A stretch of 61,173 bases of DNA, counting the filler, from Squatina squatina (Eukaryota), in assembly GCA_031763465.1 (NCBI GenBank). It is 4 parts of 3 records of this genome, joined end to end, with 100 filler letters (N's around TTAATTAATTAA, not from the genome) between each part and the next. Parts side by side here need not be neighbours in the genome. Positions count along the whole stretch, not along the records: positions 1 to 15,951 come from JARFOE010000235.1; 3 more parts are not named here. One strand, 5' to 3'. The notes below the pieces were generated by a model. It was not told the DNA's origin. It made no database searches and worked only from the letters and a program-made list of their open reading frames with translations. Position 1 is the stretch's first letter; each line of letters opens with the position of its first letter. The position numbers were made by a program, and so were the translations under genes. Positions 1 through 11,914 of the stretch are shown piece after piece.

Positions 1-702
1 AAATTGGTCACTGAGTTTACCACACAATTACAGTGACAGCACTACACTGTGTAAACTGTATGCCGAGTTTCCCACGCTGTTACAGTGACTGCACTACATT
101 GCGTAAAGTGTACGCCGGGATTGCCACACTGTTACAGTGACAGCAGTACCCAGTGCGAAGTATCCGCCGAGATTCCCACCCTGTTTCTGTGACATGTACA
201 GCACTGTGTAAAGTGTCCGCCGAGCAGCTCGCCCTGTAACAGTGACTGCAGTACATTGTGTAAAGTGTCCGCCAAGTTTCCCACTCAATTACAGTGATGC
301 ACAACTTTGTGTAAACTGTCTGCCGAGTTTCCCGCCCTGTTACAGTGACTGCACTGTATCGTTAAAAGTGTCCGCCGAGATTTTACCCCTGCAACATTGA
401 CTGCACTACATTGTATAAAGTGTCCACCGAGGTTCCCACACTGTTACAGCGATTGCACTACAATTTATAAACTGTCCGCCGAGTTCCTGCCCTGTAACAG
501 TGACTGCACTACAATTTGTAGAGTGTCCGGCGAGTTTCCAGCCCTGTTACAGTGATTGTGGTACATTGTCTAAAATGTCCGCCGAGTTTCCCACACTGTG
601 ATAGTGACTACATTATTCTGTGTAAACGTCAACCGTGTTTCCGACACTGTTACCGTGACTGCACTACATTGTGTAAAGTGTCCACTGAGATTCCCGCCCA
701 TG
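1..702. repeat. Tandem minisatellite, 52-bp unit, about 13 diverged copies
   Basis: Unit about GAGTTTCCCACACTGTTACAGTGACTGCACTACATTGTGTAAAGTGTCCGCC starts at 13, 65, 117, 169 (52-bp period) and continues to about 700. Confidence 0.95.
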
Positions 703-1689
703 TAAGAAACATCCCGCTTGTCACTGCTTTTCAGGATCAATTTGATTTGACCTTGGCTAGTGCTGTGGATGCAAGATATTGCCAGTCCACATAGATTCCT
801 TAAAAATCCTGATGCAGTTTACTCCAAATGTTTACCTCCTCACTGAGGACTGTGGTAGCAATTTCACACCAAAGTCAAGCTTGTATTGGAGTTTGTTTAA
901 CCTATTTCAAGAATTGAGTTGTGATTATTTTTTCCAAGTTCAGTTTCATAAATAAAATATGTTTTTGACTTACCTGAGAGAAAAGATCTTTATATCTCTA
1001 AAAGGTAAAGATACTTAGCATTTTTCAGAGCCCAATGATTTAACCCTGAGATGAGGACCAGGCCCAGGAAATGGTAGTCTCGTTGCTCTGACCACTTTCG
1101 GCTCACACAGCACAACACAAAAACGAGCAATTTTACAATTATAAATCTACTTAAATACCAGTCCGCATGTCTCCTTTGCCGAACAACTCCAAGGAAGATT
1201 CCATTGTCAGCCACTTATCAATGACAGAGGAACTGTTGATCTTGGGAGGGAGCTGGGCTGCTGAGGTCTGCGACCAGGATATAGGAGGAAGCACACAGCC
1301 GTAAGCCTGGGAGAATTTGCGGCAGACCAGGGCTTAGAGCGGATCGCATGGCAAAATTATGCCTCTGGTCGTTGCTGGGCATGTGCTGAACACCAACCAA
1401 TCGGAACAGAATACCTTGGCCAATCAGAACTTCTGTTAGTGGTCACCTGGTCCCCAAAGGCCAATTAGATAAATTAGATCCCAATAATTAGACATGCAGG
1501 AAAAAACACAATCTTGTATAGATTGGTTGTTGTTGATAATCAAGCATCTTAACGCATGAAAAACCTGAATGCTTCTGGTACTACATGAATGAAAACATGG
1601 GCAGGGTAGTGGTAAAACATGGTCTGGAACGACTACCACCAGAGCAGGGCTGCAGAACCACCTCAGAGAAATTAGCTCTGTTTGAGAAA

Positions 1690-2075
1690 GGAAGAAAGAA
1701 CTTGAATTTCTATAGTGCCTTTCAGGAAGTCCGAAACAGCCAATTGGCTACTTTTGAAATGTAGGAAAATACAGCAGCCAATTGCCACACGGCAAGGTCC
1801 CACAAACAGAAATGAGATAAATGGCCAGTGTTTTGTTTGAGGGATAAATTTTGGCCAGGTGAACGCCAAATTGTACCAAAACATCTTTCATATCCACATG
1901 TTGGGGCAGGCGGGGCCTCGGTTTAATATCTCATCCGAAAGACGGCACTTCAGACATTGTAACACTCCTTCATTGAGGTGTCCACCTATTTTATTTGCTC
2001 AAGTCCCTGGAGTGAAACTGGAATCCCGACCTTCTGACTTGGAGGTGAGAGTGCTACCACTGAGCCACAGCTGAC
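1690..2075 (-). mobile_element. tRNA-headed SINE, DeuSINE/SacSINE1-like, internally deleted
   Basis: Minus strand starts with an A-box-like TGGCTCAGTGGTAGCAC head. The body aligns by eye with the copy at 55345-55812, and it ends in an L2-like tail (GCACTATAGAAATTCAAGTTC). Confidence 0.8.
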
Positions 2076-2243
2076 TCCTAAGAGGGTGGTAAATCCACCA
2101 ATCCCCATCGGATCGGAACTCATACAGCAGCAGTTAGATGGGTGTGTCATGGGTGTACTGCAAAACTAATATCATCTTAAAATGAGCAGTAATCAAATTA
2201 CTGATGAAGATTCTTTCCTTGCTGCGGACCACAAAATAACAGT

Positions 2244-2894
2244 AGCCCAGAATTTGCTGGGAAAATAACGGCGAGTTTAATCCACAAATTGCTTTCCTAT
2301 TTGCACCACTCTGCCGTTAGCCTCACGAAAACAAGAGATCACTGTCAGTCTCCCCGTGAGTGTCAAGAAATTGCTCCTTTTATGCTTTTAAAATGATTCA
2401 AACTCACCACAAAAAGTTGGGGCTTGTATTTAACAACATAAGGTCCTTTTTAATGACCAGATTTGTGTCGCTGCAATCCTATTCAACCTCGGAGGCCCGG
2501 AAAGAGAACAATTTAAAATGTTGAATCTCACTCCTGCAGATAGTAAATTGTTCCTAGAGGATTTTAAAATGTAAAATTTTTTACATTTTAATTTTTTCTT
2601 TCTTCTGTCTTTTTTCTCTTTAATCCAGTCTTTCTTTCCCTTTCTCATTTCTCTTTCTGCATCTAATTTGACGCGAATTCACCCTATTTCCTTCTCCGTC
2701 GTTCCTTTGTTTCTTTCTCTAACCTATAATCTCATTGGATAAGGAGATAGACTGTTGGTCCCGTTGTTCACCAAGTCCTGTTGATCCCATTTATCAACTC
2801 TCATTTCCAGCGCAAAATATTTGCAAGCTGAAGGGTGAAGAAAAAAATCTTAGCAGGACACGCCGCAAGATGCCCCTCCAGTAAATTCTGGGCC
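2244..2894. mobile_element. Non-autonomous DNA transposon (MITE), PIF/Harbinger-like
   Basis: TIRs GCCCAGAATTTGCTGG (2245-2260) and CCAGTAAATTCTGGGC (2878-2893) match 15/16. 3-bp direct repeat AGT at 2241-2243 and 2895-2897. The same terminus GGCCCAGAATTTGC occurs at 53869. Confidence 0.75.
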
Positions 2895-3633
2895 AGTGTA
2901 AAATAGTAAAAATGGATTGAAATGAATATTTAATAAGTTATTCAAGATATTTTTGCAGTGTCAAAGCATCACACCAAAATGTAGAAGCAGCATCCTCCAC
3001 ATGCCTCTGACTCAATGTGGTACCTTCCTCACGTGTAATCAGTTACAGCTATACAACTGCAGTCATTTGAGATTGAGTGCTGTTGCAATCAGTTCTTATT
3101 CTACAAGAGTGCTGAGTGGGATCACTATACCCTCCCACTCGTGCTTAAATTATTTTATATTACTGCTCTAATTTACATGCTATTACAATCTGTCCACGTA
3201 ATACATTTCAGTTCTCTTCACTTAAACTGCTCCAGTACTAAAATCACTTCTGGTGTCACGATACAGCTGTTGTAACAAAGCAACGATTGCACTGAGTGAA
3301 GGAAAAAATCTGCTAAACACATGGTGGCATTGGCCTAGAAGTTTAGATTAATATTCTGATTTAAATTTTAGTGTTGCATATTTCACTAGTTCTTTCTGAG
3401 GCTTTCCATTCATAGTTTAAAAACACACCTGTCTCTTTTATATCTCTTCTAGCCCACCTATTCCTTTACAAAAAATGATTAACAATTTTCATTGACTGTC
3501 CAATGCACAATAAAAATCATGTTTAAGAACCATATTGCTCCTATAAATTATTTGTGTTTATGAAAAGCTTCAATACAATTGATTTTATAATAAAAATCCA
3601 TCAATATGATATTTTATGATAAAACTCACCATT

Positions 3634-3709
3634 TAGTTGACCATTCTGAGGGATAGGACATATGAGCATCTGGAAAGACACTGCTTGATTAGGGATAGTC
3701 AGCACGGAT
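3634..3709 (+). mobile_element. CR1 LINE ORF2 (RT) fragment
   Basis: TILRDRTYEHLERHCLIRDSQHG matches the CR1 segment preceding the SQHGF motif; cut by a gap. Confidence 0.8.
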
Positions 3710-3809
3710 NNNNNNNNNNNNNNNNNNNNNNNNNNNNNNNNNNNNNNNNNNNNNNNNNNNNNNNNNNNNNNNNNNNNNNNNNNNNNNNNNNNNNNNNNNN
3801 NNNNNNNNN

Positions 3810-4262
3810 GATATGGCCTTGCAGGACGCCCTCGATCAACTGTGGACCTGGAAGGCCCGGCTGTAGACTGCACCACCTCAAGCTGGGCAGTGGCAGTCTG
3901 GGCTGGCTGGATGACAGGCAGCAACAAGTGTAATGGCGGAGTGGCAGTGGTGGGGTCAGGAATGCTGTAATTCTGAGAGAGGACAGCAGGTTCCTGCTCC
4001 ACCTACCCACTGCCACTCACCCGGGGTAGCACCTCAGCATCCCTCCCAATCTGCTGGAACACAGATTGGTGGCCACCTGCAACACCATGAGGTCTCCGGT
4101 CGACTGTGGTGGACACAGCAACGATGGCAACAGTCAGAGCTCGTGTGGCATCCAGCTGACACTGCATGAGAGCAGTCTGAGACTCGATGCCACCAACCAT
4201 TCTCTGCATTACAGCACTAAGACATTGCGTTGCCTCCTCCTATGCTACAAGGTTCTGTAGTT
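3810..4262 (-). mobile_element. Degenerate GC-rich transposon-derived ORF, possibly the C-terminus of a Harbinger Myb/SANT accessory protein
   Basis: Frameshifted low-complexity ORF (QRMVGGIESQTALMQCQLDATRALTVAIVAV ... EVVQSTAGPSRSTVDRGRPARP) with GC content above its flanks; family assignment is from recall only. Confidence 0.35.
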
Positions 4263-4843
4263 CTACTTGGGAGTTTGATCTGAGAAAGTGAACACAAAAA
4301 TAGATCCTAGACACTGGTTAAAGACAACTGTTGTACATGACTTTCCAGTCTGACACAGAATCAAATTTCCAGGGAATTGAATTTTCCACTGTATGTCACA
4401 TTGCTACCACAGGCCTGAAAAAGTCCATTGCCTCTTCATGCTGAGCCTATTTCGAGTCTCACAGGCTGTGTATGATAGCGTGTGAAACTGAGCTGTAAAT
4501 TAAAACATTTTAATCACTAAATGCAATGTGACAACAAATGTACAATTCGTACATGTCATTTTCCTTTTTCAGATAACTTTCACAAGTCTCGATGAACCAG
4601 TTTCTTTTAATGTATTATTCAGAAGCTGTTATTTTTCACACTGAAAATGAAGCGAGTTACCTCAATTTAAGGAATATTCTTTCTGGGAGTTCTGTCTTTA
4701 AGTCACAACTTCATGATATGTTTCATCTTCAGAGTCGCCCCATAATTTCCAATTAAGTTTTTATTACTGATCTTCCTCAAATATAAAGTACTGTAGTTTT
4801 GAAATGAAATTGTTATAATCAGCAAAAAGTAGGGTCATCTCAC

Positions 4844-5005
4844 GTGTTGGCTGTATGACAAAAAGCAGTCATTTTAGTGAAGGACCAGAAGACGGCAGCT
4901 GTCCTTGTGATGGAACTGAAAAAGTCACTCGTCAGCTCTTCATTACTTTTTCAGAAACGGGATAACCCACAGATGACACCTGCCTTCTCCGCAAGAGCCA
5001 GTGAG
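4844..5005 (-). other. Exon-like segment (162 nt), non-coding or pseudogenic
   Basis: Acceptor tatcctttcgcttcag and donor gtgaga. All three frames have stops; the best frame has a single TGA. Confidence 0.35.
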
Positions 5006-5816
5006 CTGAAGCGAAAGGATAAATACATGAACACACTCTNNNNNNNNNNGCCACGTACGGAAGGTAAGCCCATGATTTGTTCTGACAGCAGGTTGACAGG
5101 AGCATCTCCATTCAAATGCATTTGGTTTCTCCTCCGTCTATATAATTTTTTTTCTCAAAAAAAAAAAGTCAGTCTACCCAAAAATTCAGTGAGTAAATGA
5201 ATCACCTGTTGTGGTACGGAAAATACAGAGCCCTATAGTAGCTGATCTCCACTGCACATTATCGATAACTCTAAGCTCGAAAGGGGGAAAAAATAAAATN
5301 NNNNNNNNNNNNNNNNNNNNNNNNNNNNNNNNNNNNNNNNNNNNNNNNNNNNNNNNNNNNNNNNNNNNNNNNNNNNNNNNNNNNNNNNNNNNNNNNNNNC
5401 ACAGCCTCATTACCATACTGGGCAAATTTTCCTGCAAATACTCATGCCACCATCTTGTCTATTTAAACACAACGTAGGCTGAATATCATTCACTATGAAT
5501 CCTGTAAAATAAACATTTTTTTTCCATGACAAGTATTCAGAACATAAGATTAAATTAATTATTAATAGCATTTAATTCTTCTTGAGAAAAGGATGCATCA
5601 TTAATATTTGATCTGTTCCTCACAGAATTTAAATCCAATACATTGTATTATTATTTCGTAAATCAGTTTTTTTTCACCACAATCTATGAAAATGGTTTGA
5701 ATTTGTCAGCTTTGTATGCATTTCGTCCTGCTTGGAGAGGGCATATTTTACACTTGAAGATAGGTTTTTTTTTATAGCAATATGTGCCCGGATCATCCTT
5801 GGTAAATTCATCTTAC

Positions 5817-5922
5817 TGTCAGAATAGTTCAGTATCAGCATTTCCGTGGTAACCCAGTTTCCATAGCGATCTCCTTGGAGACTGCATCAGCTGATGTCTC
5901 ACTGCATGGTGGTACAGAATCG
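5817..5922 (-). other. Exon-like segment (106 nt), stop-containing or UTR/lncRNA
   Basis: Acceptor attttatgttcccag and donor gtaaga. One frame reads DSVPPCSETSADAVSKEIAMETGLPRKC*; all frames close. Confidence 0.35.
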
Positions 5923-6076
5923 CTGGGAACATAAAATAATCACATTGCTTGACTTGCAAGCCACAATGTGTCTTTCNNNNNNNNNNNNNNNNNNNNNNNN
6001 NNNNNNNNNNNNNNNNNNNNNNNNNNNNNNNNNNNNNNNNNNNNNNNNNNNNNNNNNNNNNNNNNNNNNNNNNNNN

Positions 6077-6735
6077 CCCCACATCCAATCTATCACAGTA
6101 ACTGCCTGTTTCCACTTCCACAACTTTGCTTATCTCCACCCCTATCTCAGCCCCTCTGCCACTGAAACCCTTATACATACACGCCTTTGTCATCTTCAGA
6201 CTTGATTACTTCAGTGTTCTCCTTGCTGCCCTCTTTCCCTTTCCCCTCTGTCAAATTCAACTTGCTCAAAACTTGGCAACTGTATCTTGCCCTGCACTAA
6301 GTCTTCCATACCGATCACCCCCACTCTCACTGATTTACGCTGTCTCTTAAATTTAAAACTCTACTCTGTGCCTGCGAATCCCTTCATGGCCTGTCCCACC
6401 CTGTCTGCAATCTCCTTCACTTCCACATCTCTTCCCTAAACCTCCATTCCACTCATTCTGGCGTTCTGTGCATTTCCCTCCAACCTTTACCCCTCTATTT
6501 ATGGCAGTGCCTTCAGCCACCATGTCCCTACTTTCTGGAACTCTCCTAAATTCATCTGCTTTTCTACTTCTCAGTGCACCTTTAGAAAGCTTCTCAAGCC
6601 TCATCACTTTGATCAAGCTTTCTGACAACTCTCCTAGTCTCTCTCTTTCCGTGGCTCAACATCTGTTTCCTTTACTTCATTTAGCACTTTTGGATTTATT
6701 TTGAACGTTAAGGTCCTATATAAATGCAAATTGTT
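6077..6735 (+). mobile_element. L2-clade LINE 3' end
   Basis: PHIQSITVTACFHFHNFAYLHPYLSPSATETLIH / HAFVIFRLDY resembles the L2 ORF2 C-terminus (LIHAFVTSRLDY); ends in the tail CTATATAAATGCAAATTG. Confidence 0.85.
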
Positions 6736-7222
6736 TCTTTCTTTCTCAGACTCTCTTTATTCTTCCTCATTTGATGTTTTAACTTGCTGAATCTACTGGG
6801 GCTTATTTCAGTTTGATTTTCTTTTCCTCGTTACACTTCAACTTTTTATTTGTAAATTGACTTATTCACTATTCAAATTCCCTGGTTGAAATTCTGCCAC
6901 TGCGCAGTTGCTGTATAAAAAAAAAAGCTATGTGTACCATTTTAACTGGCTTAAAATAATAAATTTAATTTTCCAATCCCAGTGGTCAGACTTAGAGCAA
7001 TACAAGCAGAGAGACTGGCCGGCACCTGGGGGTGCAGATTCGGATCAGAGACATGAATGGGCCACGACTTTGACATGCAGCTGAGGAGCTCCGAATTTAC
7101 GGGACATTTGACAGCCACTGAGNNNNNNNNNNNNNNNNNNNNNNNNNNNNNNNNNNNNNNNNNNNNNNNNNNNNNNNNNNNNNNNNNNNNNNNNNNNNNN
7201 NNNNNNNNNNNNNNNNNNNNNN

Positions 7223-8000
7223 TTTGACTTTTCTCAATGTAATGACTAAGTTATATCTTGATCTCATCCATGGTGGAGCAATGAAAATCATGTTTATTTC
7301 AATTCTTCAGAGACCAAACTTTCCATGACCCTCACAAGTCTAACCAAGAGGTACCATCTGTTACTTTTTGTTCCATCCATAGTATTCCTACATCTGTCGG
7401 CATTCTTGGTCACTGTCTCCTCTGACCTCAAGTTGATTTTCCAAATCTCTATTGCAAAAGCTGTTGTTTTATGCCAAACACTACTTTTCCCTCAAAGCTC
7501 TACTTGATTTACCTTGTTTTTACTCTCTTCAATCAAGCCATTTTTAAAGAGTGGCCTCATTGATAGAGATGAATGCTAATTTCTAAGATTTGCAAACTCC
7601 CTCCATTTCAAACCAAACCCATAATGACATTGGCTTCTGGTCCTGAAACTTCTCCATAATTTTGAATGACGGTATATGATCACCCATTGGGAGATCTGCT
7701 TGTAAGTGAGTAAACAACCAGTGTTGCTCTTTATAAGAAAACGTGAAGGGTTAAAATTTCTGGTAAAGTAAAGGTCAACAATCCTATAAAATAGGATGGA
7801 AAATTGGAATCGATTTGATAATGGCTTTAATAAAGTCACTCCAAATTTGGAAGGTTCAAAAGTCAAATTATTTCAGTTCAAATCTGAAGGTGAAAAGCTG
7901 AAGCCAAGATGTGAAGGAGGAGTTATATTCCCACTGATACTGTCTAGTTTCAATGATTCTTGTTACTATTCAAGGGCATTCGGAGGTAGTACAATCTAGC
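7223..8000 (+). mobile_element. Highly decayed L1/Tx1-like RT fossil
   Basis: Degenerate motifs in the correct order across frames: FLNVMTKL..MKIMFIS, LLFVPSIVFL, KLLFYAKH (cf. KISLYADD), MENWNRF, LKPRCEGGVIFP..YYSRA (cf. PKxxGGLxLP..YYxA). Confidence 0.35.
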
Positions 8001-8483
8001 ATTCAGTCAGGACGTATGGTTCAATATTTGATGACTTCATCAACTTCTCATTAATTTGAAAAAAAAAATGCAATCTTTTAAAAGCATTTGAGATCAGGCC
8101 CCATTGGCCTGTGTCCAGTTGCTAGTGTTGTTTCCTCTCAATCCTGATTTATGTTGAGGTCACCGATTCCATTTGAATAGCATAATACAGACTAAGCAGA
8201 TTAAAGACAATCCCCAAACGAACTCTGTCATCCAGTGAGCGCCTTATTAAAATTATGATGTGAAAGGATAAATATATGGTCTGAAAATTTAATTGTAAAA
8301 TGTAGCTTATTCTGTTGTTCTGAAATGGCCTGCTGCCGCTGCAGTGCCATCGCTGAAGAGGTTGCAGTGAAGAGCCTGACTGACATTAATAGTTATTTAC
8401 TCTGTGACTTTGAGGTTGATCTAAGAGCATGGAAGTAAGCTGAACTGAGAACATTTTATTAGCAGTATTTAGGAGTTTGGATA

Positions 8484-8832
8484 TCAAAGTTTCTTCTTAC
8501 CTTCATAGGCAGTCCCTCGGGTTTGAGGATGGCTTACTTCCACTCCGGAGTTGTGGGTTCTGAGGTGGCTGAAAAGTCCAATGCGGGATCTGCAAACTTG
8601 ACCACAGGTTGGGCAAGTGGTATTTGGTGGGGCGAGAGGATGGAATGCTCGTGTTTCCACGCGCTCCTTCCACTGCCTGCGCTTGGCCTCCACGTGCTCC
8701 CACTGGAGAAACGCGAAGCGGTTGGTGCCTTCACGGATGCTTCTCCTCCATTGCAGGCGGTCTTGGGCCATTGATTCCCATGAGTCGGTGGGGATGTTGC
8801 ATTTTTTCAATGAGGCTTTGAGGACGTCCTTG
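8484..8832 (-). mobile_element. RTE-clade LINE ORF2 C-terminus and 3' tail
   Basis: KDVLKASLKKCNIPTDSWESMAQDRLQWRRSIREG...CPTCGQVCRSRIGLFSHLRTH has the RTE C-terminal motifs with a terminal C2H2 finger, followed by a short GAA-type tail. Confidence 0.88.
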
Positions 8833-9571
8833 NNNNNNNNNNNNNNNNNNNNNNNNNNNNNNNNNNNNNNNNNNNNNNNNNNNNNNNNNNNNNNNNNNNN
8901 NNNNNNNNNNNNNNNNNNNNNNNNNNNNNNNNATTTGAAGATTGTGTGACAATATAGTGCTACCACTTTTAGTCTTCTGGCAGAATACAGGAAATCTGTA
9001 ATACTGTCTGTTCTCTCCTTCCTTCCTTTGTTTCAAATTCAAAGAATCTAATCTGAAATTCCATTAAGTAAACAAATCAAGGGTATCTCAGTTATTCGTG
9101 CAAAACAGATGCTGTGTCAATGATTAGGAAATTTCCTGGGAATATTAGGGAATTGTATTCCCTTTAGAGCACTGCAGCCACATTTAAATTTGATAATTAA
9201 AGTGAATTTAATTGCCTCAATCCAGATTAGCTGCATGAAATTAACATACTGCCACAAATAATTTCCTTCAACATGTTTGGTTTTGGGGATGCATTGCATA
9301 TTGTGTCTGAATGGTAAACTGGATCAGCAGAGCAAGAATGTAATGTTGCAGGCTTACAGGTTAGAATACTGGTAATTCTGTGCCACAATGCATCCTTATA
9401 AAGAGCCATAGCTTAGAATTGCACAGCTGTTCTGCAGTAATTAGCAGCTGTAAATATGCTCTCCTGCACTCTATTGCTCCTCCCTGCATCTTTAGTGTTC
9501 TAACCATATTTAATTTAACTCATTATTTATCAAAACTCAAGGAACCCATTACCTCTCATTCCAACCTTCTA

Positions 9572-9675
9572 CATTTCCTACATTACAACAGTGACTATAC
9601 TTCAAAAGTACTTCATTGGCTATAAAGCACTTTGAGACATCCTGAAAGGTGCTATATAAATGCAAGTCTTTCTTT
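9572..9675 (+). mobile_element. 3' portion of DeuSINE-like SINE
   Basis: CATTACAACAGTGACTATACTTCAAAAGTACTTCATTGGCTATAAAGCACTTT...GCTATATAAATGCAAGTC is the reverse complement of the 3' part of the copy at 55345-55812. Confidence 0.8.
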
Positions 9676-11914
9676 CCTACAATCTACAAGCTTTAAAACC
9701 CACGGTGAGCATCACCTAACTACCACTTCTTGATTTATTTAGTCTTTTATTCTACTCTTCAAACTTGGCGGAGTGGCGCACTATGGGTTTTAGCTCTTCA
9801 GCTAGGTTTCATAAAAATGGGGGGAGAAAACTAATTGTTTCTNNNNNNNNNNNNNNNNNNNNNNNNNNNNNNNNNNNNNNNNNNNNNNNNNNNNNNNNNN
9901 NNNNNNNNNNNNNNNNNNNNNNNNNNNNNNNNNNNNNNNNNNGTACCGTATAACCGACGCTGGATATAAATTAGCCACATTTGGCATATACTATCCTGTA
10001 ACATTAGATAGCAATTTTGCTTGTCTCATGAAGAGAATCGCATAGAAGATTCACTCTCATCAATAGCCTTTTTAAATGTACCATTTTTGGAAAGAATGGA
10101 TCAAGCTACTTGGTGGAGAGGAGATGATGGATTTTACTTCCTGTCTGTGCGCAGACTAATACTGCCAAATCAGTAAGCAGTGCTACTAATTAATGCTCGG
10201 CTGTATTCCAATTAAAGAATAATGACCAAAGTTATCCATATATACTGCACTCCATGACACCAGCTTGTCATCAGTCAGTCCTTAATTATTATTTATTTAG
10301 CTTGCACTAAAAATGCTTGATGCATCTTCAATAATCTGTAATGTTGTGTTGAATGGTTAATGCTTTTTCAAGCCTCTGAAGGATTTTTTTAAGCTTTCAG
10401 AATTCGTGGTTAATGGGATATTGTGCATTCCTGCTCAGCTAAGACACCAAACTGATGATTTTTTTATTGACAGCGTTGTATGGTTGCCTCATTTTTGGTA
10501 GAGTGGTTCTTTGTCGAATATGACCATTGCATTAAAGAAGGTTAATAGACTTGAGTAAAACTGCACTTCTTTCACCTCTGCTGCCTGAAGTTGGGTTTCT
10601 AAGCCTGCACACTATTAAACACCAATTTGTTCACTTCTCACAAAGGCCATACTGGCCACAGGCAATGCCAATATCATTCTGATTTTAGAGTTATGATGCA
10701 GAAGTTGAGGCAGTTGAGAGGAAGCTCTAAACTACATCTGTAACAGTGGTGAGGGAAGTGCACAATATCACTGGCTGCAAGGAGGGTAAATACCCCAGCA
10801 TTTTGTCTTTTGCCACCCCACTCCCCACAATAGTCAAGTGCACACAGACCAGCTTTGGTGATGTGCCAGATATTTCAGCATGTTGGTCTTGTACCTGATT
10901 TTTCCTCAACAAATCTATTTAGGAGGAGGGGGGCCGAAGCCGATGAGAGAACATCAGAAATGAAATAAAATCTGCCAGCAACACAACATTGCTCAAGTGC
11001 CTAAATACCCTGGAATTCAGGTCATTAGAACATTTGCACCTTGGACCTGCAGGGATTGACCTTGTCTTAGATATTGCTAATTGTAATAAAATGGTGTATT
11101 TAATCACTAATGTATCATGTATAAATCAGCTTTATACTTAGAAATTTAATATACAGAATTCAAATTAACCATGAAATATGGATACTTGCTACTTAAATAC
11201 AATATCAGGAACGCAATTTTTTTGTAAACTAAAGTTTTATCTTTTTTGCTTAAATCAAAGGTTATGGTGCAATTTTATTTGATATACATTTTTTAATTTG
11301 TAAATTAGTTGTATTTCTGATATTTCGTCCAGTTATAGCCTTCATAGGATATACAATAAATTACTTTATTTTCATAAATGCTTGATATGTTCCAAACTAG
11401 AAAAAGATGTTAGTGCTTTCATTAATTAAAAGCATCGCTAAGAATTATTTGTCATGAGTTGTATCTTTTATGGTTTGTGCAGTTTAAATGTATCTGTACC
11501 ACGCATCAAATTTTAATCATTCACACAGACTGCAACATGAAACAGATGAATTCTCCCCTGTTATTCCCCACATGGTGAAGTTTCAATATTAGCACTTCAA
11601 AAAACAAACAGCTGGTGGGGTATAGCATTAGAAGGAACCCAAGTGATGATATCCCCAAAATTGGCAGAAGATAGAAGAGAAGATATAATTATATTGAGAA
11701 GTCGAGGTTAAGTGATAAGCTTCAGTATTAAAAGCCTTTACATTGTGGGAGGGAGAAAAGACTGAGAGATAGGAATTTGAAACTGTTGAGATTCTAGGAA
11801 AGAGTAGAGCAATGGTGTACTGAGGAGGAAGAGTATGTAGGATGGCTTATTTCTGCCACAGAAGAAACCAGGAAGGGAACTTCAGACAGCACTGACCACA
11901 GGAGTAACCATAAG

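Noticed and set aside
1-702. CRISPR-like repeat array
   Set aside because: Units are directly tandem with no unique spacers, the context is eukaryotic and there are no cas genes; the same holds for 26492-27970
80-794. ORFs in the 52-bp array, and at 27026-27782 in the 32-bp array
   Set aside because: Translations are repetitive by-products of satellite units
9943-10605. Possible decayed coding sequence on the minus strand after a tgtgcAG acceptor
   Set aside because: Multiple stops in all frames and no recognisable motif
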